A DNA stretch of 62,929 bases, counting the filler, from Choristocarpus tenellus KU-1152 (taxonomy: Eukaryota > Protista > Phaeophyceae): NCBI GenBank assembly GCA_964200185.2. It is 8 parts of 8 records of this genome, joined end to end, with 100 filler letters (N's around TTAATTAATTAA, not from the genome) between each part and the next. Parts side by side here need not be neighbours in the genome. Positions count along the whole stretch, not along the records: positions 1 to 13,328 come from CAXNAD020001524.1; 7 more parts are not named here. One strand, written 5' to 3'. A program made the position numbers and the translations under genes. Below are positions 1-12,460 of the stretch, piece by piece (the stretch's first letter is position 1; every line of letters begins with the position of its first letter). Under the pieces are notes generated by a model, which saw only the letters and a list, made by a program, of their open reading frames with translations, searched no databases and had not been told where the DNA came from.

Positions 1-1400
1 ACACCACCAGTTTCCATCCTTGAGGCGAGCTTCTCCTACTCAATAGTCCCCCCTATAACAATGGTATATGCATTATTTCCGCCCGGTTCCTCAATACCCA
101 CCTCTGATGTTGCAGTTGTACTCGCTGACCTCCCTGGATCAATAACTGGCGGTGCCATCTTTGGGGTGGGTCCCTCTCTCCCATCAATCCACTCTAGGAC
201 GATGGCATTAGCTTCAACCCCCTCAAGGGGAAGCTCACTCATCACTACAAAATCCTCCACTGATTTAGTAGCCCCAAACACCAATCCTCCTCAATCGACA
301 TCTCCACCACTCCCCTCTTGGGCGAGATCGACATCTCTAGCCCCTTCGAGGGCTAGGTCGATACCTCCAGCTTCATCCTGTGCAGTGTCGACTGCTCTAG
401 TCCCTTCCTGGGTGACGCCGATACTTCCAGTCTCATCCTGTGCGAAATTGACACCTCCAGTCCCCTCTTGGGCGAGGTCAATTGCGTCTGTCCCTCCAAG
501 TGCAAATGCCACTTCGGTCTCATCAGGAGGGTAGGGGGGAGTTGGTCTACATGATGGTGTAGGTCTTGTAGTCGTTTTTCTCCTCCTAGCCTTCAATGTG
601 AACAAACCAAAATTATTATTAGGGGTAGATGAGACAATACGATGAGGTCCGCTTGGTGATGGGGTCAACTTCAAAGAATTCTCCTCCCGATAGATGTCCA
701 CCTTGGACCATTGAGAATAGATTGAACATTAACTCTGGAACCAACAACGCATTCCGCAGAACAAAATCATGTACCTTTTCGTTCTGTATACAACGTAGTG
801 GTAAGTTTTCAACCATGGTCGCAAGAAATTTCTGTCCTGTCCCAACAGTCATGGACTTTCCACGAACAGGTCGTTGGTCTATCAAAGTAATGGAGTTATT
901 AGTCAGGTGGGCAGAACACCCAGTATCAAAATACCATATATCATCTCACTGTTCAACGTTCTTATCCCTCACCATCGAAAAATCTCGAAGCATCTTCGGC
1001 GGTCAATTGTTGCCACCATCCACCTTTCCTCGACCACGCCTCTTCCTCTGCGTAGTCGCTGCACCACCATCTGCAACTTGTCCATGTTGTCCAGTGGTTG
1101 ATATAGAGCGTAATCCATTTTCAAAGTCGAGTTTCCACGTGCCATCAGCGCTCCATTTTGAATCCCAATATTGCCGTTCCCTAACCTCTTGTTTAGATTC
1201 TATGTTTTACAAACCCTCTTCTGAAGATTAAGCCGAGTAGTTCGTCCTACATGAGAAATCTGGCGGATCTCGATCATATATTTCTGCTGCAAAACAGTTG
1301 TGGATAACTGTCAACTGTTCTTCTTTGTCAGGTTCGACGCCAAGACTCCGCTTTGGGAGCATTACTGTGTGGTGGATGTAGTTCTGCAGGTGCAATGCCA
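1..1400 (-). mobile_element. Degraded Ty1/copia retrotransposon gag-protease region
   Basis: Minus-strand translation gives IWYFDTGCSAHLT (~900-940; copia aspartic protease WxxDSGxxxH motif), then NALLVPELMFNLFS (VLYVPxLxxNLLS-like). Gag-like sequence lies at 1230-1400. In-frame stops and frameshifts are present. Confidence 0.8.
293..490 (-). repeat. 30-bp (10-aa) coding tandem repeat inside the copia pol region, ~6 units
   Basis: Translation IDLAQEGTGG/VNFAQDETGS/IGVTQEGTRA/VDTAQDEAGG/IDLALEGARD/VDLAQEGSGG. Confidence 0.85.
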
Positions 1401-2607
1401 CTAAAAAACACAAGATTGAGTTCAACATTTCATGCTAAGCACTCTTTTCAAATACCTTAGCAGAGAGGGGATGGCAAATTGCACCATGGATGGGAGAATG
1501 CTGAAGATATCTCTCTTCCAAACTGAAACTGATTTGCAAGATTCAGTGGGAATAGTGCAGATCGGTGGACAATATTTCATCCTATTATTTATTTGGAAAT
1601 TGTCTGACAAAGATAAAATGTCAAATTGAACCGTGTATGGGAGAATGAAGACGATCCATCTCGTCCAAACCGAGATTGTTGACTGTTGGGGAAGATTCAG
1701 CGGGGGATCCTATTGAGAATTTTGGCCGACGTTACGCCATACAACCCACAAGTAACATTGCCACCCGAGCACAACTCTCCTAAACAGAGATCCGCCAGGC
1801 TGAGCCATCAACCCCGGGTGGACTATAGAAGATTGCAATCTGGGACAAGAAGAGATTTGGACGACAACACGATCAACTTACTCAGGGCCAACAACGATGA
1901 TGATACCTACAGTCTAATGGGCGTGGCAGGCAACACTACTCCAGACCATCAACAACTATCTTCTATATCAGATGCGCATGCGGGGCCTGATGCGTGAGAA
2001 TGGCAAGCCACTATTGGAGAAGGACGTGGAGGGACAATGGATGAGAGGGGCATTAATAGAGGGAGAGGATCTGCCATAGGGAAGGAAACCTGTCGAGACC
2101 AAGTTCATTTTCAAAGATAAAGCAGACAGCCGAAAGAACAATTGAATGGTTCCAGGACAGGTTGGTGGCATAGGGGTTCACTCAACAGGATGGTGTGGGC
2201 CATTTCAATACGTTATGCCCAGTGGTTAACCTCGACGTAATCAGGACAGTGCTGGCAACAGCAGCAGCTCATAGCTGGGAAATACACTCTTGGGACTTCA
2301 AGCAGGCCTACCTTCTCGCTTCACTGCCTGAGGACGTGTGGCTGCAACTACCTCACGATATGGTTGTCAAGGCCGCCAAGGCTATTTTCCGCTTAAGTAA
2401 TCAGCCCACGAGTGATACAAAGAACTAAAGGAGAGGGTTCTAGATGACAGATGGAACATCAGCAAGTTCAGCGACTGCCTATGCCTCAAGCAGGGCGAGG
2501 ATGGGCGAATTGCCACCCTATTTTAATATGTAGACGACACCTCTCTCGCTGGGGACTACACGGAGGGGATCAAAAGGACAAAATCATACCTGCTAAGAAG
2601 TATGAAA

Positions 2608-2846
2608 GAGTGAAAGTATCTTAGAGGGTAGGAGTTTTGCCCCACGTTTTTTTATTATATTTTCCTACTCTGAAATGTTTCGGAGTAGGTTAAATGTGTA
2701 GTTTTGGAGTAGGTATGAAAAGGTGTATCTGGAACAAGGATATTGACTTTCCTAATGAACACAACAACCAAAATTACATCAAAATCGCAACATTGGATTT
2801 TGGTCCCCAAACGGACGCGGCTCTACCCTCTAAGATACTTTGGCTA
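2608..2846. mobile_element. MITE family A copy inserted in copia RT
   Basis: TIRs GAGTGAAAGTATCTTAGAGGGTA / TACCCTCTAAGATACTTTGGCT; homologous to the copies at 3890, 20121, 59653 and 61916; no exact TSD. Confidence 0.9.
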
Positions 2847-3049
2847 AAAGGCAAAACCTTGGCACCCCAGACAAGTTGGTCAGAGGACCAAGAGAGACGA
2901 GACTATCACACTACATCAACAACTGTTTGCAGAAAATATCGTCACAGAAGGATCAATAGATATACAAACAACAGGATCGCCGTTGGAACCAGGAATGGAG
3001 TCAAAACCAATGATGTGGGGACGAGGAGGAACTAGATCAAGGATGTTAC

Positions 3050-3389
3050 TGTGCAAAATAGGACAACAGTGAGGTGTACCTTATTTTTTGTATATGAGAT
3101 TATTGTGTTGAATTGATTCCATGTGATGTAACTAATGAAATAGTACATCCAGATTATGTATGGGATTACGTATTGGTATTTATTCTGCATTCAACTACTT
3201 TGACATGACCGTTGACTCAGATAGGAAGCACAAATAAATAATAAACAAGCAATGAGAAGACACCACACAAAGCTCGCTCTTCTAATTTCAACCATGTAAT
3301 CACGTTCAGCAAAGGGGGTTGTGTGAGGCTTCACACCTTCTTATCTTCACTACTAACAAATAGCATTATCTCCCAAGGTAATTTGCACA
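3050..3389 (+). mobile_element. Solo LTR (340 bp) with 5-bp TSD GTTAC
   Basis: TGTGCAAA...TTTGCACA termini; GTTAC at 3045-3049 and 3390-3394; homologous copy at 22794-23119; copia RT sequence resumes after it. Confidence 0.9.
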
Positions 3390-3889
3390 GTTACCACTAT
3401 CGCACTATTTTGTGGAAACAAATGTTCCCGGCAGGAATAACATGCCGAATTTCTCCAACTCTGTAATCGAACTAGGTCACACTGCTTCGTCACCATGCAG
3501 GTGACACTGGAAGGGAACACAACATGTACAGTTTTGTTGCAGGCTCCGCCAATGTGGGGATACACTATTATTCTACTGGAGGAGAAACAGATTGTAAAGG
3601 GCTCATCGGTTGTAGGGACTTGGACTGGGCCAACATTCCTGTATTAAGACGGAGCGTCACAGGATACCTACTATTGGTCGATGGAAAACCGACCGTGTGG
3701 AGGTCAAAATTGCAAGGAGTAATAACCCTATCTAGGTCAGAAGCAGGGTGGACAGCAAAGGCGCTAGGGATGGGAGAACCAGAAGTCCACCCCCTGTCCT
3801 AGAGCCTAAGTGGATATGGTCCGATACTAGCAAGATAGTCGCCAATTGCAGTCTCCTCCCATCACCAAACCATTGGACTACTATGAGAA

Positions 3890-4147
3890 GAGTGAAAGTA
3901 TTTTAAAGGGTACAAGTTTTGCCCTTCTTGTACATTTGGTGCTTGACTTCCCAGGTTTCTTTTTGTGATATTCTCCTACTCCAAAATGTTTCGGAGTAGG
4001 TAAAATGTATACGTTATGAAAAGGTGTGCCCGGAACAAGGATATTGACACTTCCTAACAAACACTTTTGTCCAAACTACATCAAAATCGCAACATGGATT
4101 TTTTGCCCCAAACGGACACAGCTTTACCCTCTATGATACTTTGACTC
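3890..4147. mobile_element. MITE family A copy with 4-bp TSD AGAA, inserted just after the YVDD motif of the DIRS-like RT
   Basis: GAGTGAAAGTA...GATACTTTGACTC flanked by AGAA at 3886-3889 and 4148-4151. Confidence 0.9.
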
Positions 4148-4192
4148 AGAATGCTGTCGTCTACATACATTCTAGCAAAATATGGATCCCCT

Positions 4193-4236
4193 ACACCCTG
4201 GTGTAGACCTCCCTTCCCCCCGAGATATTTTGGGTC
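4193..4236. mobile_element. One-ended remnant of MITE family B
   Basis: ACACCCTGGTGTAGACCTCCC...AGATATTTTGGGTC matches the right end of the copies at 22476-22657 and 23135-23306. Confidence 0.75.
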
Positions 4237-7200
4237 TACCACTTTCTCTAACCTTCCATGTATCATCCAACTCTCATACTGCCCCTTTTACCCTTTTTTT
4301 TAGAACACCCCACACCTGCAGCAATATTTTGGGCTTGGGGATCACGACAGTAGAGGTGGGAGCTGTATTACAATGAGAATATTCCAGGGTAGTTGTCGTT
4401 AGGTCCCACCAGCCTGAACTACTCCTCCACCTAAACTGTAGCCTAAAATATACCACAACCACTTCCCCAAACACGTACCCAAACCTAGTCACTCCCTTTG
4501 GTTCTACTGGTACTTGACGAAAGGTATCTTTCACGTCCATTTTGCTGATCATAATTCTCGACCTCGGAAATTACATCCTCAAGCCAATGATCCTGTGTAA
4601 GACATCAGCCAACACTGTCCCACAATATACAGGGGAAGACGCCTCGAAGTCCTTGTCAGCATTCACAACAGATCCCAAATCGTCCAGCTAGCAAGATAAA
4701 TCGTGTATAATCCTAATTTTTGATGGTTCTTGTACAACTCCTACTGGGCACAATCGCACTCCTGGAATCTTGGTCACTGCCATCTTGGGAAACACCAAAT
4801 CCCTATCCAATGCTACATCCGTTACCACTTTCTTCACTGGAGTCCCCTCTTGGTTAACTGGACATCAATGGTCCCACATTCAACCTACCCTCTAGCTTCC
4901 CGTTCCCTGCGACATCAATTCATACCCCTCTTTCTAAATGCTTGCTCCTGTTTACTCATCTGTGGAAAACCGATCTTCTGTCCAAAACGGTTGCTAAGCC
5001 AACCTCACTCCATATCATCTAGGGCTCCATGTCTGCCCCAACCTCGATACTGAGTGCTGTGGGCTCCACCCACACCCGTCTAACAACCCCTCTGCTACTC
5101 CCCGAGATATCTTAACGTTTCTTAGTCACCTCTCCTACATTCCTCATCCTCTCCCAAACCTTAACTAATCTTCAATACACTTGCTAGGTCTACCTCTGCC
5201 CCTGTTCCTTTGCCTGGGACCATCTGGTGGTGTGTCCCTAGCCTTGATATCCCTGCTAACAAGTCATTGTGCTGGGGCCGGGCTGATATCCAGGGATCTT
5301 GTACTACTGACCCACCTCGGTCTGAGATAGGCCTGTGTCCTCAGGTATCTTTCTGGTGGGTATTCTCTTGGTCCCCCCACCCATTCTCGGACCCCTCCCC
5401 ATCCTTTGTTGATTTTCTCCTTCCTTGAAGTGGTCGAATTGGCAGCTTCTGTTCCGCTTTAGGAAGGTGCACTCTTGGGCAGGCACGAAGGAATTTCAGA
5501 GCTAGTATACCTTTGCCTCCACTGGTTTCACCCCATCCCCTCCGTCTCCCGTCTGGGCATGGAGACTTTGATTTCCAGTCTCCCTCCCAGGTATTTATCC
5601 TCTTCAAAACCAAGATCGGGATTCTTCAGTGCACAACGAGGGTATCATAGTCCTCACCTAAGTCACTGTGACTTCTGATGTCATAATTGTGGCACGATGG
5701 GTGAGGGGAACACGATGTCAGGCGCCAGGGACGCGTCAAACTTGAGTGTCAGTTCATCTACTTTGCTTGCTAGTTCGTCTGTCCAGATTTCCAAGTCATC
5801 GCCCACCACACGAAAAAGGAGGTCTAGAATGCTGAGGTACTCAATTAACACTGTCTTATTGGAGGGATAAAACGCGCGTTGTTATTATTATTGCTTTTGA
5901 TATTGTTATTGTTATTGGCTGTATTGTTATTGTTATATTTGTTCACTTAGCCTGGAATTTATCCACTACCTCCATCCTACATAGCCCCTCGAACTGTGGT
6001 CAGATGGTGGTGTACACTGCTATTTCTTCTACCTTATGAATTATCTGTTGCCCTACAACTAATTGCACTGCCCTGGGTGTGCCTTCAATTTTCCTGTGTT
6101 GGGTTCAGCGGTCCCACCAGTTGTTGGTTCGCTCCTTCCCTAGAATCTGGTGCGTACTCTCTTCGTCTCCACAACCGTTGCCATCACATTCCGCATCTTT
6201 TTTTTCCTGGATCCCTTTGTTGTTGTGGTTTAGTGCAATACAGTAAGGTACAGATGTACCTTCCCAAAGCGCTTACCATGTGATCCACCAAAGTCAAATT
6301 TTCTGCAGAGTATCCCTGGCTTCTACAAGTGGGGTTAGAACCCAGATATTCCTGTGACGCAAGTTGGTGGGCATCCACCTCAGTTACATAGACAAGGCCT
6401 ATATGTGTATTTCTCCCTATCTTCATTTAACAAAATAAGGTGCATGCTATTTGAAGGTACGAGCATGACATAAGAAGCCTTACGTAGGGTAAGACATGAA
6501 GACAGGTTTTGATGTATCATACTCTATAATGTCTTCCAAGGTCGGAAACTCCCGCATTTTTTTTCCCAGTCTATTGGGACAAGGGCCTTACGCAGGAAGT
6601 TCTTGGACACTATGCCTCCAAGATCCTTTTTGGTCGTTTGGGTAGGGGGATGGGGGATAACCTATAGTCAGTATGTTAAGTGTACTGCATGCAGAAGATT
6701 GCCGTCCCGCGACATATTGACTGCCTATACACCGCGCAGGGATTGCTCTCCACCAGTGTTGGCTCAAGTAAATACAAGAACCATTTCGCAAGGAACATAT
6801 GGACTGTGTCATGATTCATAGCGCTACAGAGCGCCCTGTGGCAACAGACATGTACTTCCTTCTAAGAGAGGGGAGGGTGGGGGGGAGGTAGGCATGACGT
6901 CCATATTTTCCCTGTGTGAGGCCTCTTGATTAGGAATATATAGAGCACCATATAAAAAAAACACATCTTGTTCATATTGGGAAGAGGCTATGTGAGGAGA
7001 GAAGGGAGGACCTAGGTGGTTGAGAGGACACACGCCACAACACCGCTGCATGCAAGGGACTACCCTACTTCTGTCTTCTGAGTGGTGCATCCCTACCAAT
7101 ATCTCAGCAAGTTCTGTCATAGAAACACGTAGTTCTGTAGGGCCTGTGATGTAGGAGCTGTGGGCGTGAGGGCTCTGGGGTGGCCCGATCCTGTCATGAG

Positions 7201-8869
7201 TGCCTTCTGATCTGGTACACTAAGGAGGTTGAGGAGGCAAAATTGCGGAAGAAGTCAAATGTCCCCTCATAAACGAAATGATCAATTTAACAAAGCAGCA
7301 TTGCGCTTCATTAGGTACTTAGAGGATTCGAAGGATATGGTGTGCGTTTGTGTGTTCAGAAACCCTCGCTGGAGCCCGAGAGCTCGTGCATGAACTGCAT
7401 GAGGAGAGCACTGGCAAGAGGGAAAATGAGGAGAGGAAATAAGATATGCCAGGTTCTGGCAAGGTACACAGTCTCATCTATGCTAGTGGGTTCAAGGGGG
7501 AAAAGGTGGGCAAGACATTTACTCTTTGGGTTTAAGGTACAGGACAATCAATCCGTTTCCACAACGATCCCCTCTTCAAACAGTTCCATTAGACGAATGG
7601 GAGATTGTTGATTCTCTGGCAGAGTAGCCTTGAACCGCCCAGTCGAAGCAGGGAATCATCTCGACTCTGAGTAGGTATCTGAAGATGGAGAAGAAGGCCA
7701 CCAAAAAAGGCTGTTATTCACGATACATCCGAAATATGTTCTCATAGTATATATAACATCCACATATATGATTGATAACATCTTGGCAATTCCGCATACT
7801 TTGAAGAGGTCAGCTGCAGTAGACAAAACACATGTAAGGAACATCAACTCTGTTCCCTATTGAATGTCTGACACCATATATATAAATTTATATGATATTC
7901 TTTTGATGTCCTCCCTTCTGTCACTCTTCCCAACTGAAACAAAAAATAGTTGAGATTGTGAACAATCGAATACTGAGGAGGTTCACAACGACGAGATTGA
8001 TCCTGGCTAGACCATCCATTTCAGAATCAACAAGTAATTACAACTTTGTATGTGTTGTTGCGCTCGTTTTCTTCTCTTTAATTGTACTAAACAAACTCCA
8101 CGTCTTTTTTCTGTGATGACGTTGAAGCGATTTGTTCTTTTGGGTGGGATGTCGTGAGTGTGACCTCCAACTTATTTACCCACTTTTACTTAGTACAAGA
8201 CGGTTGATGTCCATTGACCAGTGATCAGTGACCAGTCACTACTGACTTTGAGGAAGGGTCATATCTGTCCATCCATTTGCCTGTTTTGAGTCTAGGTTTT
8301 TCCCACCACGTCCATCTTTTGGACTCTTACATATTATCAGGTGGCCCCAATTTGCGTTCATTTCCATCGCTGAGAAATATTTTATATTTTATTTGTTGGG
8401 TTTAATGCTGGTGACTCAGAAAATAAGAATGGTTAATGTCTTGAACAATCAATAAGTAGACTGTATGTGTGTATCTGCGTATTGTGTGATGATGACAGCA
8501 CAAATATCCGTTCAAACTGATCGTACCAATCAACACCATCAAGTTCAACCGTGATTGTTCAAGTGTAAGGATCATTGACCTTTCAAACCACAGACAGCTG
8601 TAATCCTGGACTAACTATTTTGTGGAAATTACTTCAGTACCATTGACGAACGTGGGGAGCCCTAGTGCTAGGCAGGAACGGAAGGAAGACTAATGCTTGG
8701 AGACAGAGTCCTCATGGTTGGAGGCAGTGGTTATGTCACCGAGGTCAGTCACTGATTTGGCACGCTGTAGTCATATTAATGACCCAAAGGTTCCAAAAAT
8801 CCTTGAAGTTACCTGTGAGACTAAGGGGGCATCGCCTAACCCAATATCCAAGCAGAGTGCTTAGCGTGA

Positions 8870-9168
8870 GGGAATTAATTACCAAGAATTTAATTTCTAG
8901 ATTAATCACCCCCTCCTTCACGCACCTGCTCAATCTCGCCCAGAAATTTGTCTACCCCAGTAGCGGAAGGGGTGGCTCCAACAACAGACGAGTCGACCTC
9001 CCGCACGAGATAGAGGGGTGGGAAATCCTCAAGAAGGAGATTGAGCTACTGGCAAGTGGAAATATCAAAGGGCGAAAGGAACTGCTCTCCCTGAATATCC
9101 CTGTTCGCCAGTTAGCAAGTTGCCTTGATAGCCTGGACCTGGATGATGAGAACGAGCTGTGGGAAGAG
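8870..9168 (+). CDS. Exon-like open frame of an unidentified gene or transposon
   Basis: Protein-like stretch (..EIEGWEILKKEIELLASGNIKGRKELLSLNIPVRQLASCLDSLDLDDENELWEE) ending at a strong GAG|GTGAGT donor; no recognisable motif; start approximate. Confidence 0.3.
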
Positions 9169-11305
9169 GTGAGTTACGTAATACATATTGTGAGGGTGTC
9201 TGATATCCAATGTTTCTTTTCATGTTATGTTTAGACTGTCAGCGAAAGGAGGTTAAGGTTAGAGAAACATCAGAGTTGCATTGTACAGCCAGACTCAAGA
9301 CATTACTTTCCATCAATGGACGCCAGGGTTCGACCAACTCTTGCCAACAATAAAAGCTACGGGTCTGGTTGGTCAATGTTTAGGTTGTAGGGACCATGGT
9401 ACGAGTAGCATGGTCGAATAAAGGGGACGTATTGCAGTTGTACGACAGTGCTCTTTGCTATCTACAGTATGTAGTAGGGTGGATAATGGTCAATCACTCA
9501 GTTGGTTATGCCTCTCTTATAGACCTGTGTTGATGTTCTTGGCAACAAACGATGTCATATTGTCCGCTGCAGGCGAACCGACACACGAGCTAATGCGCGC
9601 TGTGACATGCAACGACGGATATCGCAATGTCTACCTTACTCTTTTTCTTCATACAACATGGCCCAATGATATTATGTCTCTTTATGCTGCTAGGCTGCAT
9701 GAGGGAACTTTTGCATCCATCGACGTCTTCATTTTTATGTACAGCACCCCTTTTAATCTCTCCTGAACTAACTAGTATCACTATATTGTCCTCAACAGCT
9801 CCCGCTTTGACTTGTTGTATGAGTGCATCCGCTCAGTAAATACACATAACGAATCACATATGCAAAGCCCTGATCCCCTTCCTTGACTCAACAAGTAGTT
9901 ACAAGAACTATTTCACTTTGTTTTGTTCTTACCTCTACAGCTGTATGCTTCCCTAAGAGTCCAACCCTGATCTAAAGGGAAGTGAATTCGACTCTCGGCT
10001 AGATTGAATAATCTCTGTCGCTTTCCTCCGCGTACGATCTGTACCCAAGAGGTCACCGCAGATAGAACCCAAACTCAATATCGAAATCCGCTTCTTTAGT
10101 ACCATGAATCTAAAGGCTTTGTGATTATGCTTGATTTGCCGGAATTTTTTTAATGTACTTGACAGTGTGTGCTTTTGACGTGCTCTGACTCTACTACTCT
10201 ACTGTTCTCCCAATACTGGATGCACTACCTTCCAACATCTGAGAGAAAACACAATCCCAAATCTTGCTTTGCTTCAAAGGCCAAAGAAAATCAGGCTAAT
10301 GTGTTGTCTACAGCAGAGTTACAACATGCTTGTTTGATGTTTATATATCAATTAGGTCGTTTTTTTGTGTGCTAAACGCCATTGGTGTAACTCTAAATAG
10401 TCTTGAGGTCGTAACCACTCCATTGCCATCCTTGGCACCCTGCCATGCGTCCACGTTCAGCCAGGTTTTGCCCAGGAAGGCAAGGGGCTGCACATTGCCT
10501 GGGTCCGGCTTGTTTTGTTCTTTATGCTGCAATAGCCCAGCTGTTGAAAATATCCGCTCTGACTATGCTTCTGAGTCAGAACTGCCATGAACTCAGTCAG
10601 CAAGTTAAGCCAAATGTGGAAGTTTCAAGTTTCCTGTCACCACTTCACCGGGTCATTACATCCTCCACTCTCATTGATCAGTGCAAGTTCTGTCTACCTC
10701 TAGAAGGTGTCCTCCTCTACTTGGACTGTGTGCCATGTGTGCTCCCTGACTTTGAGTTTCACCACCTGCTGCAGCAACATGTAACCCCCATCTCCATGCC
10801 AAGAGATATTCTCTGGGAACCTCTCCAGGCTCTTCAGGCATGGCTGCCGCCTCTTGACATGGGTAGCCTGCATAGAGTGTTGACTGTATGGTGTAGGCTC
10901 CCTGTTTTGGGCTTTTCATTGAAAAATGTGACAGTATAGGATTCCTCAACCCTTTTTGTCTTTTGTATTCCATCCCCGGACATTCTTCATATTTATTCTT
11001 TATTATTTATTCTTTACTCTTCATGATGGTGAGCTGAATCTTAGTGAGTCAGGTTCCAGTCTCTTCTTGTTGTTTCCTCCTCATATTCTCATGTGAGAGG
11101 GCAAATTCAGCAGATGTATTGATGTTGTATACAAGATCTAGGGCTATCGTGGCCGCACTTGGTTCTGTGGGTGTGATAGGTCTGCAGGTACCGGATGAAA
11201 ATCATTAGAGGGGGATTTATCTAATGTATCGATTTATCTAATGTATCGATTTATCTGATTGAGTGAATTGTTACAGCTTGTGACACCACACTTCTTTTAA
11301 AATGA

Positions 11306-11344
11306 ATGTATGTGTATGTATGTATGTATGTATGTATGTATGTA
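11306..11344. repeat. (TATG)n microsatellite; a 17-bp tandem repeat lies nearby at 11215-11257
   Basis: Direct inspection. Confidence 0.9.
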
Positions 11345-11501
11345 CACTCTTTTGCATACCTACGTCTAATAACAATAGTCATGGAAGGGATACGGCAGGG
11401 AAAGATTGTAGGGCAACTACACCTTGTTATTATATGTGTGATACGATTTCTCTTAATCTATGCACTTCATAACTTGACCCCCCTTACGGAACGGAGTGAA
11501 G

Positions 11502-12460
11502 ATTCTACCCTTCATCGCCACGCTGGCCTTGGAAGGAGAGTTCCAGTTCCCTTATGGCCCTGCCTTCCTCCTCCAGCAGCACAGCATGACCAGTGGGGTC
11601 AGCCAACGACATGCTGCCTGTCTGCTCTCCCATGCCTTCCTTGGAACCCTGTCAAGGTATGGAAAACCTTGCACTTTTTAATTTTTTTCCCCCCCTCCAC
11701 TACTACTGTCCTGTTCAAAGGCATCAAATAATAAGTGTGATGACTTGTTGGGATATCATAGAGTGGATGCTGGTAAGAACAGAAAGAAAATATATAGTGA
11801 ATATATAGTGCATGAGGCTACAACCAGTAGGAGTTATGAGCCTAACCTTCCATGGGTCTTGTCGAGCATATATTTTCTTAGTAGAAAAATTCATTTCCCT
11901 TTTCAGGTTTTGGGTGGATCCTGCTGTCTCTAGTGATTCATTGCTGTTAGTACTATATATACTGTTCTGTGTTTCTTTCAGATAGTTCCCGCTTTATTTT
12001 TTTAATAATGTTCTTTTCTTTTGTTCCATCTTGTTTTATGTATTTTTAATCTTGCACATTAGTGTACTCTAATTGTACACTTATGTCGCCTGTAATTTTG
12101 AAGGTACACCCTTTTTCCTCCGTTCTTTTGTATTGTTTTTGAAGGAATAATGATATGCGTATCATGGCAAGATGGCTGAGTTCTGAAGACATTGTGATTC
12201 CAATAGATTCAATTGTTTCAGATAACGTACACCCCCTCCCCTGTTCCCCCTCCTCCTCTCCAACTCTCAACAAAAAAAAGTCCGCCGGCAGACCTTGCTG
12301 CAGATATGCAACACCTGACCTTTGAGGGCATGTTTCAATTTACGGGGATGGCATCGCCTTCGAAGGTGAAGATGGCTAAGGTACAATGCCTCCTTAACTA
12401 CTTCCGCCGTTTGCGGATGAGGTCCCTGCAGGATGGAAATATGTGGGGAAAGGCTAAGAG
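11502..12460 (+). CDS. PARG: Poly(ADP-ribose) glycohydrolase-like gene, two internal exons (partial)
   Basis: Exons ~11502-11656 (ILPFIATLALE..VSQRHAACLLSHAFLGTL) and 12281-12460 (..LTFEGMF..KMAKVQCLLNYFRRL) join in phase (AG|T). The pattern matches the PARG accessory region (LPxxxxLAL, SQxQxAxLLAxAF, KLxCxxxYF). The catalytic GGG-x-QEE exon is not seen. Confidence 0.75.

Larger units (their letters stand above)
1950..3800 (+). mobile_element. Degraded Ty1/copia reverse transcriptase-RNase H, interrupted by a MITE and a solo LTR
   Basis: GFTQQDGVGHFNTLCPVV..IRTVLATAA..WEIHSWDFKQAYL (RVT_2-like); YVDD at ~2527-2538; RNase H DLDWAN..RRSVTGY..TVWRSKLQGVITLSRSEA at ~3617-3750; several stops and frameshifts. 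Confidence 0.9.
3820..5800 (-). mobile_element. Degraded DIRS/Ngaro-like (tyrosine-recombinase class) retrotransposon RT region
   Basis: Minus-strand PVGVVQEPSKIRIIHDLS (~4695-4750), VNADKDF, ISKMDVKDTFRQVPV..FGY..RLQFRWRSSSGWW (4400-4552) and YFARMYVDD (~4155-4180). The motif pattern fits DIRS-class RT better than copia or gypsy. The upstream boundary is approximate and no YR domain was seen. Confidence 0.7.

Noticed and set aside
61-1231. Plus-strand ORFs of 157 and 200 aa
   Set aside because: Antisense shadows of the minus-strand copia coding sequence
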